44,061 bases of DNA, taken from the sequence record PP920550.1; one strand, written 5' to 3'. Every line of letters starts with the position of its first letter. The stretch's first letter is position 1. Under the pieces are notes generated by a model. That model saw nothing but the letters and a program-made list of their open reading frames with translations. It was not told where the DNA came from and made no database searches. The position numbers and the translations under genes are program-made. Shown here piece by piece: positions 42,832 through 44,061 of the stretch. The DNA is from Escherichia phage Dru_SM5.

Positions 42832-43974
42832 ATGCACCCGCAAACTAAAATCACTGACGAGCAATTGATCGCCGAGTTGCAATCAGGCACTACCGCGAAA
42901 GAGATTGCGAAGAAGTACGGCCTTTCCCTACGAAACGTCTACATGCGCAAAGCCCGCCTGTCGAAGAAAGGTATTGGTCACGGTAACGATGCCGTAATCC
43001 GTAAGCGCGTTGCCGATGGCTTCGGCGTTAAGCGCGTATCCGCCCTGGTGCGCGGCAATGGTGAAGAGGTCATGTCGTGGGTCATCACCGAGCAGGACAA
43101 GGAGCGCCAGCTTGAAGCAATGCGCGCCGTTGTCGAGGGCATGAACAGCGAAATCACACCGGCAGCGCCCGTAAAAGCCCCGCCAGTTCCGATCCAGGCG
43201 CTCGACTTGCTCAACCTGTACACCGTGTCAGACTTCCACCTGGGCATGTTGGCATGGGGCGAGGAGACTGGCGAAGACTGGGATATGGCGATCGCCGAAG
43301 ACCTGTTCTACCGCTGGTTTGTCGAAGCCTTCGCCCGCGCACCGGACGCAGGCACTGCCGTAATTAATATCCTCGGGGATATGGCCCACTTTGACAGCCT
43401 CGATGCCGTCACTCCAGCCAGTGGTCACGTACTGGACGCCGACACCCGCTACCAGAAACTGGTCCGATACATGATTCGCATGGTGCGCAACGTCGTCGAA
43501 CTGGCGCTGCAAAAACACCACAAAGTAAAACTGCTAATCGTCCAGGGAAATCATGACGAGTCGGGTATGATTTGGCTGGCTGAGATGTTCAATACTCTGT
43601 ACGAGAACGAGCCGCGCGTCGATGTGGATACGTCACCGGACGTTTACAAAATGGTGCAGCACGGTAAGACCACGCTGTTTTTCCACCACGGGCACAAAGC
43701 GCGATTCGATGCTATCGAGCAGGTTATGATTTCTAAATTCAGACAGGCTTTCGGATCCAGTGAGTACAGCTACGCGCACGTAGGCCACTTGCACCACCAG
43801 AAGATTGTAGAATCCCGCAACATGATTGTTGAACAGCACCGGACGCTCGCAGCGAAAGACGCCTACGCCAGTCGTGGCGGTTGGATGTCAGGTCGCAGCG
43901 CCAACGTCATTACCTACAGCGCCAACTACGGCGAAGTAGCGCGCTTAACCATTAGCCCGGAAATGTTGAAGTAA
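42832..43974 (+). CDS. HTH domain fused to calcineurin-like metallophosphoesterase
   Basis: N-terminal HTH-like TAKEIAKKYGLSLRNVYMRK. C-terminal phosphoesterase motifs GDMAHFD, QGNHDE, HHGH and GHLHH. Confidence 0.5.
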   Translation: MHPQTKITDEQLIAELQSGTTAKEIAKKYGLSLRNVYMRKARLSKKGIGHGNDAVIRKRVADGFGVKRVSALVRGNGEEVMSWVITEQDKERQLEAMRAVVEGMNSEITPAAPVKAPPVPIQALDLLNLYTVSDFHLGMLAWGEETGEDWDMAIAEDLFYRWFVEAFARAPDAGTAVINILGDMAHFDSLDAVTPASGHVLDADTRYQKLVRYMIRMVRNVVELALQKHHKVKLLIVQGNHDESGMIWLAEMFNTLYENEPRVDVDTSPDVYKMVQHGKTTLFFHHGHKARFDAIEQVMISKFRQAFGSSEYSYAHVGHLHHQKIVESRNMIVEQHRTLAAKDAYASRGGWMSGRSANVITYSANYGEVARLTISPEMLK

Positions 43975-43993
43975 AGGCGACCAGTAACCCTCA

Positions 43994-44021
43994 CAGCCCG
44001 CCGATTTGGTGGGCTTTTTTG
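43994..44021 (+). terminator. intrinsic terminator
   Basis: AGCCCGCC-gatttg-GTGGGCT followed by TTTTTT. A TATAAT box follows at 44028-44033. Confidence 0.55.
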
Positions 44022-44061
44022 TGCCTGTTATAATCCCCCTTAGATGGCAGGGCCGTCTCCT

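Noticed and set aside
1-44061. tRNA, rRNA or integrase/attachment-site features
   Set aside because: No cloverleaf-like conserved tRNA sequence, no rRNA-like segment and no integrase-like ORF were recognised by eye. A tRNAscan-type search was not possible, so short RNA genes cannot be fully excluded.

Overview
This 44 kb window reads as one contiguous stretch of a GC-rich tailed dsDNA phage (or prophage) genome with a siphovirus-type, lambda-like tail module. All calls are from reading the sequence and ORF track by eye; no database search or folding was run, so products are motif- and synteny-based inferences. Layout: (1) a + strand packaging and structural module (about 1-23500), including a tail chaperone with a -1 frameshift site, tape measure, lambda M/L/K/I/J-like tail-tip genes and a tail fiber; (2) a - strand DNA metabolism module (about 23500-36100) with two orphan methyltransferases, an SNF2 helicase, a family A DNA polymerase and nucleases; (3) a + strand early/lysis module (about 36400-44000) with a primase-helicase, holins and endolysin. 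Most notable non-coding signals: a roughly 188 bp GGGACA-iteron plus GC-hairpin element present in two diverged copies (11735-11923 and 39207-39393), and an 8-mer core TTGGTTGC/GCAACCAA found about 19 times, almost only in intergenic DNA. Other points: an Rz/Rz1-like spanin pair in the head module far from the holin-endolysin cassette, a reverse-strand two-gene insert in the head module, an Llp-like lipoprotein beside the tail fiber, a perfect 111 bp in-frame duplication in the helicase gene, and a 14 bp duplication that frameshifts a gene at 40357-40943. No rRNA, tRNA or CRISPR array was recognised.
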